DNA of 63,098 bases, counting the filler. It is 13 parts of 13 records of this genome, joined end to end, with 100 filler letters (N's around TTAATTAATTAA, not from the genome) between each part and the next. Parts side by side here need not be neighbours in the genome. Positions count along the whole stretch, not along the records: positions 50,373 to 60,094 come from SRR20825015_362; positions 60,195 to 63,098 come from SRR20825015_376; 11 more parts are not named here. One strand, given 5' to 3'. This document shows, in pieces, positions 52,593 through 63,098 of this stretch. Made by a program: the position numbers and the translations under genes. How positions within the stretch are numbered: position 1 is the stretch's first letter; each line of letters begins with the position of its first letter. The notes beneath the pieces are model-generated. The model ran no database searches. It saw only the letters and a program-made list of their open reading frames with translations, and was not told the origin of the DNA.

Positions 52593-55500
52593 TCACAGAG
52601 TTGTCATTCTGGCCACTATCTCTTCTAAGTCATCGTACAATACCATAAGGGGAATGGTTGAATGGAACTGCAAAGGATGTTGATGTTCCCCAGCGTTCGA
52701 TTTGAAATTCAAAAACACATTGTCGTCTTTCACTATCGCATTCAAGATGAGTTTCAACTTGATCGACAGCGTATCTGTGGCGACACTTCTCCGTAGCGTA
52801 TCCAAAATAGTTTCCGCGAGCTGAAGGGCGCGCTGCTTCCCTTCGATACTCTCGGGGAGTATCTCGCTCAGATTCTTTATCAGAACGGGGGTACCCATTG
52901 CAAACAGCTTCGGCAAATTTGCTCGTATTCTTACGCTCTTCGCCGCCATGCAGTGGCGAGTAAGCGGACCTCCCATCACCCTCAGGTTTGCTCCTATTTT
53001 CGACAGGTCGCCTCCGCTCTTCAACACTGCCGGATCTGGCTTCAGGACCAGGGTGGGGATGTACTTCACACCTTTTCCCTGGTACTGCTCAATTGCTTTT
53101 TCCACATCCAGGACAATACTCGTCGCCAAGTCCTCAATGAAAGCGTCAAGAGCCGGTTCTTCGTCGCGGACGCCGAGGGTTGACGTATACGAGACCCTGT
53201 ACTTGTCCGGGACGCTCTGCCCACTGCATACAATCCTCGTTCTCGGTCCAAACGTCCTCACCAGCCAGACTACCGTCTGGGCGAGCATGTTGGCGTCGAC
53301 ATCAATGGGTCCCGTCAAGGTTGCGTCGGAGACTTCGACAGTAGACATTCGCTTCTGTTCCACGAGGTCGACCATCAACTGGGCATTGAACTGGTGCAAG
53401 TTGTCTCTCACAAATTTGTTCAGGGCGTCCAAAACGTCGGACATTGCCTCTTTTGTAGATGGCGCTGCAATTGGGTCTTTGCCTTTGTCCTTATCATTTG
53501 ATGGGACGTGTTTTACAGGAGAAGTTTTCTGCTGTAGCGCGGGTGCCGATGGGTGGATGCGAGTGAGAAAGGCTCGGATCATCGTGACGAGCGCGTCGAC
53601 ATTGACACTTCCCGCCAACTTGGTTGCATTGAATGTCACAGCACACGGTTTCTGGGACACTGTTGCGACTGTTTTCATCAAGTCCGTGAAAGAGAGCGAC
53701 TTGACTGTCCCACAGAGCTTCGTTGGGACCACCGGGTGGCATCCCGGCAAAATGTGGAACAGCTTGTCCCACAGTCCACACAGATAACTCCACCTAGTCG
53801 GATCCCCGGTTGAGTATTTGAGGTAGTAACGGGACAAAGCACTGAGCGAGTTCAATTTCCGTGCGTCACCGCGTTGGAAGCCCTTCTCAGAGACTATTGC
53901 GAGTGCAACTCCTATGATTTGAATCGGCTCAGGTGAACAACGGCTGTGACTGTGCGCGAGGACTTCTCACCTTGAGGTTGATCTAGTCCCAACATTTGCA
54001 AGGCTCTGTCATCTTCACCGACCTTCTCAAACGTCGTTGACAAAACCTTCTGTGCAACGCCATGTACTATACTATGACCTTCAACTATCACATCTTCGCG
54101 TTGCGCTTGGAGAAATGACCCAAGCTCGAATGTCAACGACCGTTTGACAATTTGCCTTACTACGACCGGCACGACGGCGTTGGTGATAAGGCGCACGATC
54201 TACGCACAAGAAATGAGAGGCCGGTTAATGTCGACAGCTCCTGTTACCACTGCCCCTTATTCTTCAATTTACCTGGTCTGGGGCAGTGATAGACCCCTTA
54301 ATGGTTTTGTCTAGTCGGATGAGTTTTGATTTCAGGCTCTTCTTACGGACCTTCCATTTCCCCTCGTCAAATCTGGCGAATGAATAGGTACTGGTGATAA
54401 GCAATGCATTTCCAAAATGCCAGGTTCCACACGCACGTACTCTGCATCAAGTTCGATGATCATTTCTACATCCGCAGTCATTTCGTCGGGTGCGAACCGT
54501 GGGAGATTCGGGCCAGTGATGCCTAGCTTCTCAAAAGTTATCGACGATATGAACCCTTCTCTTTGCCCATTCCCTTTCAATTGGATGTGAATGTATGGAA
54601 CCTCATCCGCGACAACTTTGGCGACCAAGTTAGCGTCAACGGTGTGAACCCAGAAGTCTCCTGCCCCGAGAAACGTGTCTGCCGCTCCGACACTAATTCT
54701 GTGAGAGCGAGCGTGAAGGTGGCCATGGTGAGTAATTGTTCCTTTGATAGATGTCATGCCTTACCGATAGCCACATTTCCTCGGAAAATAGTACTCAGCT
54801 CTTAAGGAATCTAAGTGACTTTTGCACCGCCCGAGGGCTTCTTCCAATGCCCTCAACTCCCGCCACTTCTCAAGAGTCTGCTTGTCTTCGTCTGCCTTCT
54901 TCTTGGGCCGCTTGTCACTCTTCAATCCCTAAGGTCGGTGATCCTCGTAAATGTAGTGATGGAAAACAAACACACGAATTCACAGTTCTAACCATGTCTT
55001 TCCTAAGCTTCTTGACGGACTTTTTCAACTTCTTTTTGTTGGTCGAGACATTTTCCATCAATTGCTTTTGGAACTTTTGTTTCTTCTTCCATTCTGATGC
55101 TTCGTACTTCAACTGCTTGCTAACGGAATCGTGCACGTTCCGAATCTCGTCCAGAATCTGACTCGGTGTCGTCATATGGTGAATGGCGGCAGTTTCCCAT
55201 TTCCTCCGAGATGGAGGGGATGGGGCAACGCTCGAAGTGATATTTGAGAGGTGTGAACGGGCACTGTCCATGCTATCAGTATCACTCAGCACTGGATAGT
55301 TGGGAATGGGGAGTGAGGGGAGGACTGGAGGAGTAATTTTGGTTTGATTATGCTCCGCTCTAGCGACTTTTTCCACAGTGCATGTGATAGACACCTAGGG
55401 ACCCAAAGTATAAGCGTGTCTGTAATGCGACCTCTGCGTGTTTGTGATGCTGTAACTACCGTCAACAGTGGCACTCGGTCCTTCCTCACTTCATCCCCGG

Positions 55501-56011
55501 AGGCCAAGACAAAATCCGACAGAGAGTGTTCGACGTTTATGAAATTGTTGAGCAGCACCGTCGTCGACCCAAGCACGTCTCTCCTGCGGCCTCCTTTGAA
55601 TATCTGCGCGGTCATCGTGTTATTCACTGAGGGTACTCATGGAGATGCAAGTCTTTGCTGGCGTACCTGGTGCACATCCAGCATGAGGTGCTTTTCCTCA
55701 AGGTCGGGATCAAACGTCACATTGAATGCAAACTTTTCATAAGGCCAAGCTACAACGCTGTCGGACAAAAGTCCAGGAGAGGTGGCCGCGACCAGCCTCC
55801 CAAACTTCCATGCCACCACAACCTTAATCTAAGTGAGGGTGGCGGGAGTGGGTGTTATATTTGGGCGATCGTGCCAAAAGTATGTGCACGCAGCAGGGGC
55901 AGGGCACCCCCGCATGGTTAGAAAATCAGACGCGGAAATGCTTACATCCGGCTCGGAGAAAGCAAGCCCGACACACTTGATCACCGTGCACTCAAATTGG
56001 CACTGCAGCAT
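52593..56011 (-). CDS. Multi-exon protein with N-terminal NT-C2-like domain, Lys-rich coiled coil and uncharacterised beta-rich C-terminal region
   Basis: Spliced N-terminus MLQCQFECTVIKCVGL..KVVVAWKFG..T..VVAW.YEKF..KHLMLDVHQ..LGSTTVLLNNF. Successive minus-strand ORFs are separated by GT-AG introns; joining them into one gene is inferred. Confidence 0.55.
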
Positions 56012-56259
56012 CGCTCTGGCGAACTCAAAGCCGTTACAAACGTATACTCGTTTAAGTAAATCACACGACATCTACATAGCACGTGAGGTATTTTTAAGTA
56101 TCACGACTACTCTTAACCAGCACTTAATTACCCAGTTGTGGCCAATTCGGACGTACACACAACCGGAAGTGCCGTCACCACCAGTCAGTGTAGCTAGCCA
56201 GCTCTCACGCCAACACAGCAAACAACTACCGGCAACAGCACAGCGCAGAAATCTTCCCA

Positions 56260-57567
56260 ATGTTTGCGAAGCTCTTCGGAAAGCCCAAGGAGGACAGCGC
56301 TAGGAAAGGGGAGAGCGTCACCACTAGTATCCAGAACCTCAGGAACACGGATGAGCTCTTAGAAAAGAAGGAAGATTTCCTCAGCAAGAAGATCAAGGCT
56401 GAGCTGGACAGGGCAAGGCAGTACTCTCAGCAGAAAAACAAAGCTGGTATGTGCCTGGTTGCTTGAAACATCCTTTGTTTTTGTGTGGTGTGGCCCTTGG
56501 TTGTCGAGCCCATGGTGTTGTTGGATGTGCTTATGATGACGTCTGTTGGTGCATGGGAGCTTAGACATGGAACTTTGGAACAGGTGCGCTCCAATGTCTC
56601 AAGAAGAAGAAGATGTACGAGGGGCAAATCGCAAAGATCCAAGGAAGCAGACTTACCCTCAGCAATCAGGTGCGTGTTTTGTGCCAATACAATTTCGTGC
56701 CTTCTCAAGAAGTCTTTGGGAGGGGGGAGCAAGCGCGCACCATGGGCACGCAGTGATGGCCATCCAGGATGAGCCACCTGGAGTGTTATCTTTTTCATTA
56801 CCAATCTACATGTCGTCGTCACTACTGTTAGAAACCCATGTGGTCTTCGATTCGTCTGCACTAGTGGTTACGTGACAAGATCATCCTCAATACTGCTGCT
56901 GAAACCTGACGTCTGCCACCTGTATTGCTCCAGATTATGGCTTTGGAGAGTGCTGCAGTTAATAGAGAAGCTTTAGGTGCTATGCAGGAGGGAGCTAGGG
57001 CACTCAAGAATGTCAACAAGGATCTCAACATTGACAAGGTCGATGATACCATGGACGAAATTCGTGAGCAAATGGACCTTGCCAATGAAGTTGGTGAAGC
57101 TATTGCTCAGCCAGTTGGTGGTGATATGATCGACGAGGTTCGTTGTCGACTGCGCCAGTTGTTTTTTCTGCTGCTTTTACTGATCAACATCCACATCATC
57201 GTTCATTTCCCCTCTACCATGGTCCCTCCCATCTGCCATTGTCCCTCGCTGTCTTCCTTACTTTCTTCCTGCTTTTGTTTGTTTGTTTTATGCCTCCCTC
57301 AGGACGACCTTGAGGCTGAATTGGACGAACTTAACGCTGAGATGCTCGACGAGCAACTGCTCGACCTTGACAGCCCTGCAACACCTGCCGATGCGAAGGC
57401 CACGCCATCCTTGCCTGACGGTAAGCGTGTGATGCACGTCCTCGCCAATGTACTTGATTCGCCGCATCTAACATGCAATTCCATTAGCCCCGACTAATAC
57501 TCACAAAGAAGAGGAAGACGAAACTGAGCGGGAGCTTCGCGAACTTCAAGCGCAGATGGCTATGTAG
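56260..57567 (+). CDS. SNF7: ESCRT-III subunit Snf7/Vps32 (CHMP4), 5 exons
   Basis: SIQNLRNTDELLEKKEDFL, ALQCLKKKKMYE.QI, LESAAVN, IDKVDDTMDEIREQMDLANEV, DEDDLEAELDEL, ELRELQAQMAM; introns approximately 56447-56583, 56670-56933, 57138-57302, 57421-57488. Confidence 0.93.
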
Positions 57568-58190
57568 TCACCTTTAGATGGTGTAGTAGGCAAATAAAGT
57601 AGCATAGAACCGCTACTTTCTCTGGTATCTTGAACGGAGTAGCTGAACAATAGTTTGTGCCAACGGCCAGTCTTTACATGCACGTTCACATTCACGCACG
57701 ATAGGTGTGACTCACGGACGACATCTTGCGCGATCTCAGTCGAACTTGGGAGTCCAATATCGTATCACCACAAAAGCGCAACGGATGAAATGCAAAGAAC
57801 TCCACTTTGCTCATGGATTTTGTTCGTGATGTACCCAACAAAGAGTTAAAGGAGGATGGAGTCATTCCCGGAGAAGGACAGCCAATGATTGAACGTGAAC
57901 AACCCGAGCACAAGGGCCACATTTTCACCGGCTCTCCGGTGAGAAAGGTCAATTTTCATGAGCTTTATGATGAAAAATATGCTTGGCAAATGCATGTACA
58001 AGGAACTTAAGTGCGGCAGAATCATTGTAAGCTCCGATTTGTTTTAGTATAAACACCCTTTTCACGCTCGAACGTCAAGGCTGGCCATTGCCGGGCCCCG
58101 TGCCTGAGCGGAATCAGAAATTTCTGTTCCCAAATCGATCGAGAATTCACAACTGCAAACGTGGTGGTGGTTTGAACGTCAGGTTGGTCC

Positions 58191-58621
58191 ACTAGACACC
58201 TCCTGCAGACCTCAGCAGTGGTGTTACATAGTCTAATCCCATCGTTTTAGGAGCCCGCAGAAAGGTCGTGGGACTCCTATCTTGTCACAAGCCCTAGAGT
58301 TCTTGTACAGTCGGAGCCGTAATCCGAAGCCAGCCCATTAGCTGGCAGAGCTGTTTAGGTAGGTCGAGATCAAGACATGGAAGTGGCGTTCGTCAGCGAC
58401 TTTGAGGCTAGTTGTAACCCTCTCCTTGTCTAGTAGACGCTTAGTTTTGGCCGAAAAGGATTCTGTGTTCGCTGGAGAGAAGTTATGCCTCTGTCCGCCT
58501 AAGGTCCATCTGAGCTCGAGCAACGCCTGAGGACAGGAGACTCGGTTGTTAGTGGGGCGAGCACTCCGGTTGAAAACTAAGAAGAAGGAGAGGGTGTTAG
58601 TGAGTGTGGTAGTGCACAGCT
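58191..58621 (+). ncRNA. Candidate highly structured RNA (standalone ncRNA or structured 5' leader), family unknown
   Basis: Five consecutive hairpins followed by a nested domain with 11-, 9-, 9- and 6-bp helices; G-U pairs favour the + strand (details in findings). Confidence 0.55.
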
Positions 58622-60094
58622 ATGGCGGAGGTGGCTGTGGAAAGTGGTGTAGATGCTAGCCGCGATGCGGGTCCTATCGATGGTACGTGCCTCTTGGAGC
58701 CCAGTACTAAATCGGTCTCGACATGTGGGAGCAGAGATACGGGGCGAGGGGCCTGGGCGATTGTGGGGAACGGCGAGGACGCCATTGCTTGTTATCGACC
58801 GGGATAGTTTTGCAGTGTAGTGTTGAAGGGGAGTGTAGTTAGTGGGTTCTGGAGACTCTATCACGTGCATGCCGTGGTGACACTCGTGACCTGGGTTGGA
58901 ACCGACATTCACCATGGCGGACCGACTAATATAGTCTCGTTCACAGAGGAAGCACTGAAGAGAGAGCTACAGGAGCTCGAAGCCGAGGTCGATGGGTTGC
59001 AGAAAGGTCTTAGAGAAGTTGTGGAGAAGCTTTCTCCTCCAATTAGACAAGTCTTTGAACGTGGGCCGTATGACTCCATCCTCAATGTGTTCTCAGGTAA
59101 CGAACAGGTGTCACATGGCGACATCCTACTTGCTCCAATGCATTACGAAGCACCATGAGCTCACACCTTATGGTCCATTGCAACCTTTTCCAGATGACGA
59201 CTGGAAAATGCAAAGCTCTATTCCAAAAGTCCAAACTGAGGGCAAATTCAGGCTTCCATCTGAGCAGGGTAAGTCCCCGAGGATGTTGTGCGGAGGTCAA
59301 CTCGGCATGAACGTCACTGATCCGCTGTGTTTTGTTATGAAGGACTCCTGTGGGGTATGTTTGCCGTCGAACTTAGTGAGCAAATAGACAAGCATGAAGC
59401 TTCTGATGGTGAGGACAACGTTTTGAGGGCACGCGTCTGTTTCCTGTGACTCATTTCCTCCGGTGCAGCCAAAGAGAAAGAAGCTTCGAGTTTAACTTTG
59501 GAGGCAACGCCGTGCCTAGATGTCGAGGGTACAATATTCGAACCGGTCACCTCACGATACTCACATCACCACTGCACACAGATATGGACATTTGCAGCGA
59601 GTATCCTCTGGTGGATTCCCTGCTGCTGACGGTGTGTTTCCACTGCTCTCGGACCATTACTGCGCAGCACCTGCTGTCACATCTAGGTGAAAGAACCGTT
59701 GCTGGCCACACAGCGCATCGACTCTGACAACACTTTGTTCAGAAAATTGCAAAAGTGCCCAACAGGAGCAGCAGAAGGCTGCGTTGGCCCAGCAGGCCAG
59801 CATCGTGACGGTGACGAAGAAGAAGAGCGTCAGCAGTGCCGGTGTTGTGAATGGTTTGTTATCAATGACGTTGCTGCATTCAATAACGTTGAGTCTGACA
59901 CCCACTGCCACAGGGAAAACAAAAATTGTGAAGAAAATCCGTGTAAAGGATTTGGAGAAGAAGGTGCGACGGACACATTCTTTTGGTGACTCATGCCATG
60001 ACTGACTCGCCTCTTTCCAGGGTGATATCAAGAGAAGGATCGTAGCCAAGACTGTGAGCTCAGACGGAGGAAGAATCAAGCTCAAAGTTCAATC
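58622..60094 (+). CDS. Multi-exon hypothetical protein, 3'-truncated (weak TFIIA-gamma-like segment)
   Basis: ATG at 58622 with in-frame GT-AG joins: MAEVAVES..IDEEALKRELQELEAEV..DDDWKMQ..GLLWGMFAVELSEQI..SRYSHHHCTQIWTFA..; later exons ambiguous. Confidence 0.5.
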
Positions 60095-60199
60095 NNNNNN
60101 NNNNNNNNNNNNNNNNNNNNNNNNNNNNNNNNNNNNNNTTAATTAATTAANNNNNNNNNNNNNNNNNNNNNNNNNNNNNNNNNNNNNNNNNNNNTCCGG

Positions 60200-62173
60200 C
60201 TAGCGCCGCTTCAGCAGCAGAAGCATCAGGAACGGCGCTCCCACAAGGGCGGAAAGCAGCCCCGCCGGCAGCTGGTAGGGGAAGTGCGCGTTGCGGCCGA
60301 TGAAGTCGGCGATCACCATCAGCGCCGCGCCGCACAAGGCCGCGCCGGCGAGCTGCGGCAGGGCGCGTTTCAGCCCGAGCTCGCGGGCGATGTGCGGCGC
60401 CATCAGACCCACGAACGACAGCGGTCCGACCACCAGGGTGGCGGCGGCGGTGAGCCCCACCGCGGCGGCGAACAGCAGGCCGCGCGTCCGCCTCACCGCG
60501 ATGCCGAGCGCCTGCGCCGTGGCGCTGCCCAGCGGCAGGATGTCGAGCCAGCGCATGGTCAGGCAGGCCAGCGCCACGAGGACCACCGAAAGGCCGGCGG
60601 CCGTCAGCGCCGGCGTCAGCTCGATGCCGTAGGTGGAGCCGGCCATCCAGTTGAGAAGCCTGAGGGCGCGCGGGTCCCCGGCGGCCGCGAACAGGCCGAC
60701 GAAGGCGTCGAGCATGGCGTTCAGCGCGATGCCGGCCAGCACGATGCGTTCTGGCACGAAGCCCGAGCGCCCCGCCACCATGAAGATCAGCGCCAGCACA
60801 AGCGCCGCGCCGGTGAATGAGAAGCCGAGCTGCATGGCGATGCCGGGCGTCGCGGCCAGGAGCAGGGAGACGGCGAGGCCCATGGTCGCGCCGGCGCTGA
60901 CGCCGATCACTTCCGGGCTCGCCATGTCGTTGGCGGTGAGCCGCTGCAGGATGACGCCGGCCGCCGCCAGCAGGGCTCCCGCGGCAAGCGCGGCCAGGAC
61001 CCGGGGCAGCCGCCAGTCGAGGACGGTGGGCAGCACCAAGGCGGTGACCGTCTCCCAGCCGCCATCGGTCGCCCGACCGACGAGGACGGCGGCGATCGCC
61101 AGCCCGGCCAGGAGGGCCGCGAGGACGCCGAGCATCAGCGGCGCGTTGACCCGGCGCGGCGTGCGCGCGGACCGCTCGGCTGGCGGCCGCCGCTCCCCCA
61201 CCCGCAGGCGCGGCAGCAGCAGGAACAGGAGCGGCGAACCGACCACCGCGGTGATCGCGCCGGTGGGCACGAAGCTCGCCAGTGGGCCGGACAGCACCGT
61301 CACCGCGGCATCGGTCAGCCAGAGCAGCAGCGCGCCGATCAGCGGCGACCAGGCAAGCCGGGCGGCGAAGGTCCGCGCTCCGGCGATCCGCGCCACGGTT
61401 GGGGCGATGAGACCGATGAAGCCGATCACGCCGACGGCTGCCGTCACCACGGCGGCCAGTGCCAGCGCGATCGCCGCGCCGCCCCAGCGCACCGTCGCGG
61501 TCCGCAGGCCCAGGCCGCGCGTGTTCTCGTCGGGCAGCGCCAGCAGCGTCAGCGGGCGCGCCAGCAGGGCGGCGATCGCCGCCAGCACCGCCACGCGCGG
61601 CATCAGGCTCAGCGGCACGCTCCAGTCCTGCTGCTGCAGCGATCCCGATCCCCAGATGAACAGGCTGGCGAGATAGCGGTCGTTGAGCAGGATCAGCAGC
61701 GACGACAGCGCGCCGCAATAGAGGCCCACCACCAGGCCGCCGAGCACCAGCGTGATGGGCGAGAAGCCGCGCCGCGCCGACAGGCCCAGCACCAGCAGCC
61801 CGGCCGCCAGGCTGCCGGCCAGCGCAACGGGATCGCGGCCGAACATGTAGAGCCCGGGTGCGTAAAGCGTCGCCAGCGCCAGCGACAGGTTCGCCCCCGC
61901 CGACAGGCCCAGCGTGGTGGGCGAGGCGAGCGGGTTGCGCAGCACCTGCTGCAGCAGCGTACCGGAGAGGCCGAGCGCGGCGCCCGCCACCAGCGCCGTC
62001 GTCAATCTCGGCAGGTCGGAATAGAGCAGCAGCATGCGGGCCGGATCGAACCCGGCGGCATCGGCCGCGAGCGCCGCCAGTCCGGGCGCCAGCACCAGGT
62101 AGGTCATTGCCGCCGCCGGGCCGGCAAGCGCCAGCGCGATCAGCGGCAGCGACAGGGATCCGAGCCTGCTCAT
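60200..62173 (-). CDS. fhuB: Fe3+-hydroxamate ABC transporter permease FhuB (fused double FecCD)
   Basis: Two FecCD halves: LQQVLRNPLASPTTLG / LQRLTANDMASPEVIG, GFIGLIAP / SFVGLMAPH. Confidence 0.93.
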   Translation of the reverse strand: MSRLGSLSLPLIALALAGPAAAMTYLVLAPGLAALAADAAGFDPARMLLLYSDLPRLTTALVAGAALGLSGTLLQQVLRNPLASPTTLGLSAGANLSLALATLYAPGLYMFGRDPVALAGSLAAGLLVLGLSARRGFSPITLVLGGLVVGLYCGALSSLLILLNDRYLASLFIWGSGSLQQQDWSVPLSLMPRVAVLAAIAALLARPLTLLALPDENTRGLGLRTATVRWGGAAIALALAAVVTAAVGVIGFIGLIAPTVARIAGARTFAARLAWSPLIGALLLWLTDAAVTVLSGPLASFVPTGAITAVVGSPLLFLLLPRLRVGERRPPAERSARTPRRVNAPLMLGVLAALLAGLAIAAVLVGRATDGGWETVTALVLPTVLDWRLPRVLAALAAGALLAAAGVILQRLTANDMASPEVIGVSAGATMGLAVSLLLAATPGIAMQLGFSFTGAALVLALIFMVAGRSGFVPERIVLAGIALNAMLDAFVGLFAAAGDPRALRLLNWMAGSTYGIELTPALTAAGLSVVLVALACLTMRWLDILPLGSATAQALGIAVRRTRGLLFAAAVGLTAAATLVVGPLSFVGLMAPHIARELGLKRALPQLAGAALCGAALMVIADFIGRNAHFPYQLPAGLLSALVGAPFLMLLLLKRR

Positions 62174-63063
62174 GCCCGCCCGGCCGGATCGACATGGTCG
62201 GTGAACAGCCGGGCGAAGCGCAGCGCCGCCGGCACCGTGCCGAAGGTCAGGACCGATGGCAGCACGGCATAGCGCCCCTCCGCAATCGGCGGCAGCCGCG
62301 TCCACAGCGGGCTTCTCGCCAGCGTCGGCTCGACGTCCTCCGGGATCGGCTCGAAGGCGATGATGCTGGTGTCCGGCCCCGCCTTGGTGGCCAGCTCCTC
62401 CAGCCCGATGGTCTGGAACCCCCAATAGGTCGTCGGCCCGTCCCAGGCGTTGGTCGCGCCGATCCGGTCGAGAACGTCCTGGTAGAGCCCCTGCGCGCCG
62501 TAGACCCGGGCGTGGCGCGCATCCATGAAGTTGATCAGCAGAACCGGTCCCGGCTTCACCCGGGCGATCCGGGCGGCGCAGTCGGCCAGGACCGCGTCCG
62601 CCTCCTGAAGGAAGATCCGCGCCTCCTGCCGGCGCCCCAGCCGTTCGCCGAGCGCGCGCGCGGCCTCGTAGGAGCGCTCCAGCGGATTGCCGTCCGGGGT
62701 GTAGATGGCCAGCGACAGAACCGGGGCGATGTCCTCCAGCCGGCTCCTCAGTGCCTGCACGTAGGGCGTGGCGAGGATCAGTTCGGGCCGCAGCGAGGCG
62801 AGCAGTTCCAGGTTCACCTCCCGGTCACGGCCGATATCGACGACGCTCGGCGGCAGGGCGGGCTCCACCACCCAGGCCGGCCAGTGCGCCGCCGCCGCGA
62901 TCCCGACCGGCGTCACCCCCAGCGCCATCGCCGTGCTGGCGAGGCCGTAGTCGAGGGAGGCCACCCGCGGGCCGTCCGGCGCTGCGGCAAGCGCCGGCGC
63001 GGCGGCAAGCGTCGCGCAGCCGGCCAGGAAGCCGCGGCGGGAGAGGAGAGGGGGGCGCGTCAT
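62170..63063 (-). CDS. fhuD: Fe3+-hydroxamate substrate-binding protein FhuD with Tat signal
   Basis: LSRRGFL twin-arginine leader, WVVEPALP..VVDIG...EVNLELLA.L.P.LIL, TNAW...T.YWGF. Confidence 0.88.
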   Translation of the reverse strand: MTRPPLLSRRGFLAGCATLAAAPALAAAPDGPRVASLDYGLASTAMALGVTPVGIAAAAHWPAWVVEPALPPSVVDIGRDREVNLELLASLRPELILATPYVQALRSRLEDIAPVLSLAIYTPDGNPLERSYEAARALGERLGRRQEARIFLQEADAVLADCAARIARVKPGPVLLINFMDARHARVYGAQGLYQDVLDRIGATNAWDGPTTYWGFQTIGLEELATKAGPDTSIIAFEPIPEDVEPTLARSPLWTRLPPIAEGRYAVLPSVLTFGTVPAALRFARLFTDHVDPAGRA

Positions 63064-63098
63064 GGCGGCGGTTTTTTGTCCTCTCAGCCCGCGCACGC

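Noticed and set aside
57807-58010. Short ORF between SNF7 and the structured region
   Set aside because: No recognisable motif or splice support, and competing ORFs exist on the other strand; left uncalled.
58411-58425. TAACCCT as a telomerase RNA template within the structured region
   Set aside because: Only 7 nt of match, shorter than about 1.5 repeats, and mostly buried in the predicted 11-bp helix; no support for naming it telomerase RNA.
59598-59686. Non-canonical GC-AG intron (gcgagt...ctag)
   Set aside because: A canonical GT-AG alternative (59601-59742) gives a more plausible frame that joins the next exon; cannot be decided without RNA data.

Overview
This window is not one locus. 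It is 13 unrelated contigs joined by 12 artificial 100-nt spacers (N44-TTAATTAATTAA-N44). Nine contigs are bacterial, mostly alphaproteobacterial-like: (1-5891) gabD, DUF1284-bioY-bioR with BioR boxes, and a HutC-like regulator divergent from a HisC-like aminotransferase plus amino-acid ABC genes; (5992-15417) prfC, Prx6, MliC, an ArsR-SRPBCC-VOC-VOC operon, pirin, GNAT, coaBC, a FitA/VapC toxin-antitoxin pair, ubiB, ubiE; (22650-26085) rpsT, ldhA, mutM, ubiE, ubiB; (29811-32632) pirin, LysR, CbiX-like, LysR; (32733-35794) carboxy(nor)spermidine dehydrogenase, GMC oxidoreductase, coaBC; (35895-40257) small DUF1127-like protein, aminopeptidase P, azlDC, pncA; (40358-44010) tal, ada/ogt, DUF2244, nth; (44111-47815) RpiR, N-formylglutamate amidohydrolase-family enzyme, TRAP; (60195-63098) fhuB, fhuD. 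Four contigs are eukaryotic (protist-like). Two have short GT-AG introns: one carries a large adhesion-receptor-like multi-TM gene with an FHA-like tail plus a permuted NlpC/P60 enzyme, the other carries bestrophin, an NT-C2 protein, SNF7/VPS32 and an unknown gene. Two are intron-less low-complexity contigs (a long unknown ORF and a BspA-like LRR protein). The most striking unexplained signal is a ~430-nt densely and nestedly base-paired non-coding segment (58191-58621) whose outermost 3' helix closes immediately before a start codon. All family calls come from motif recognition by eye; no searches or folding programs were run.
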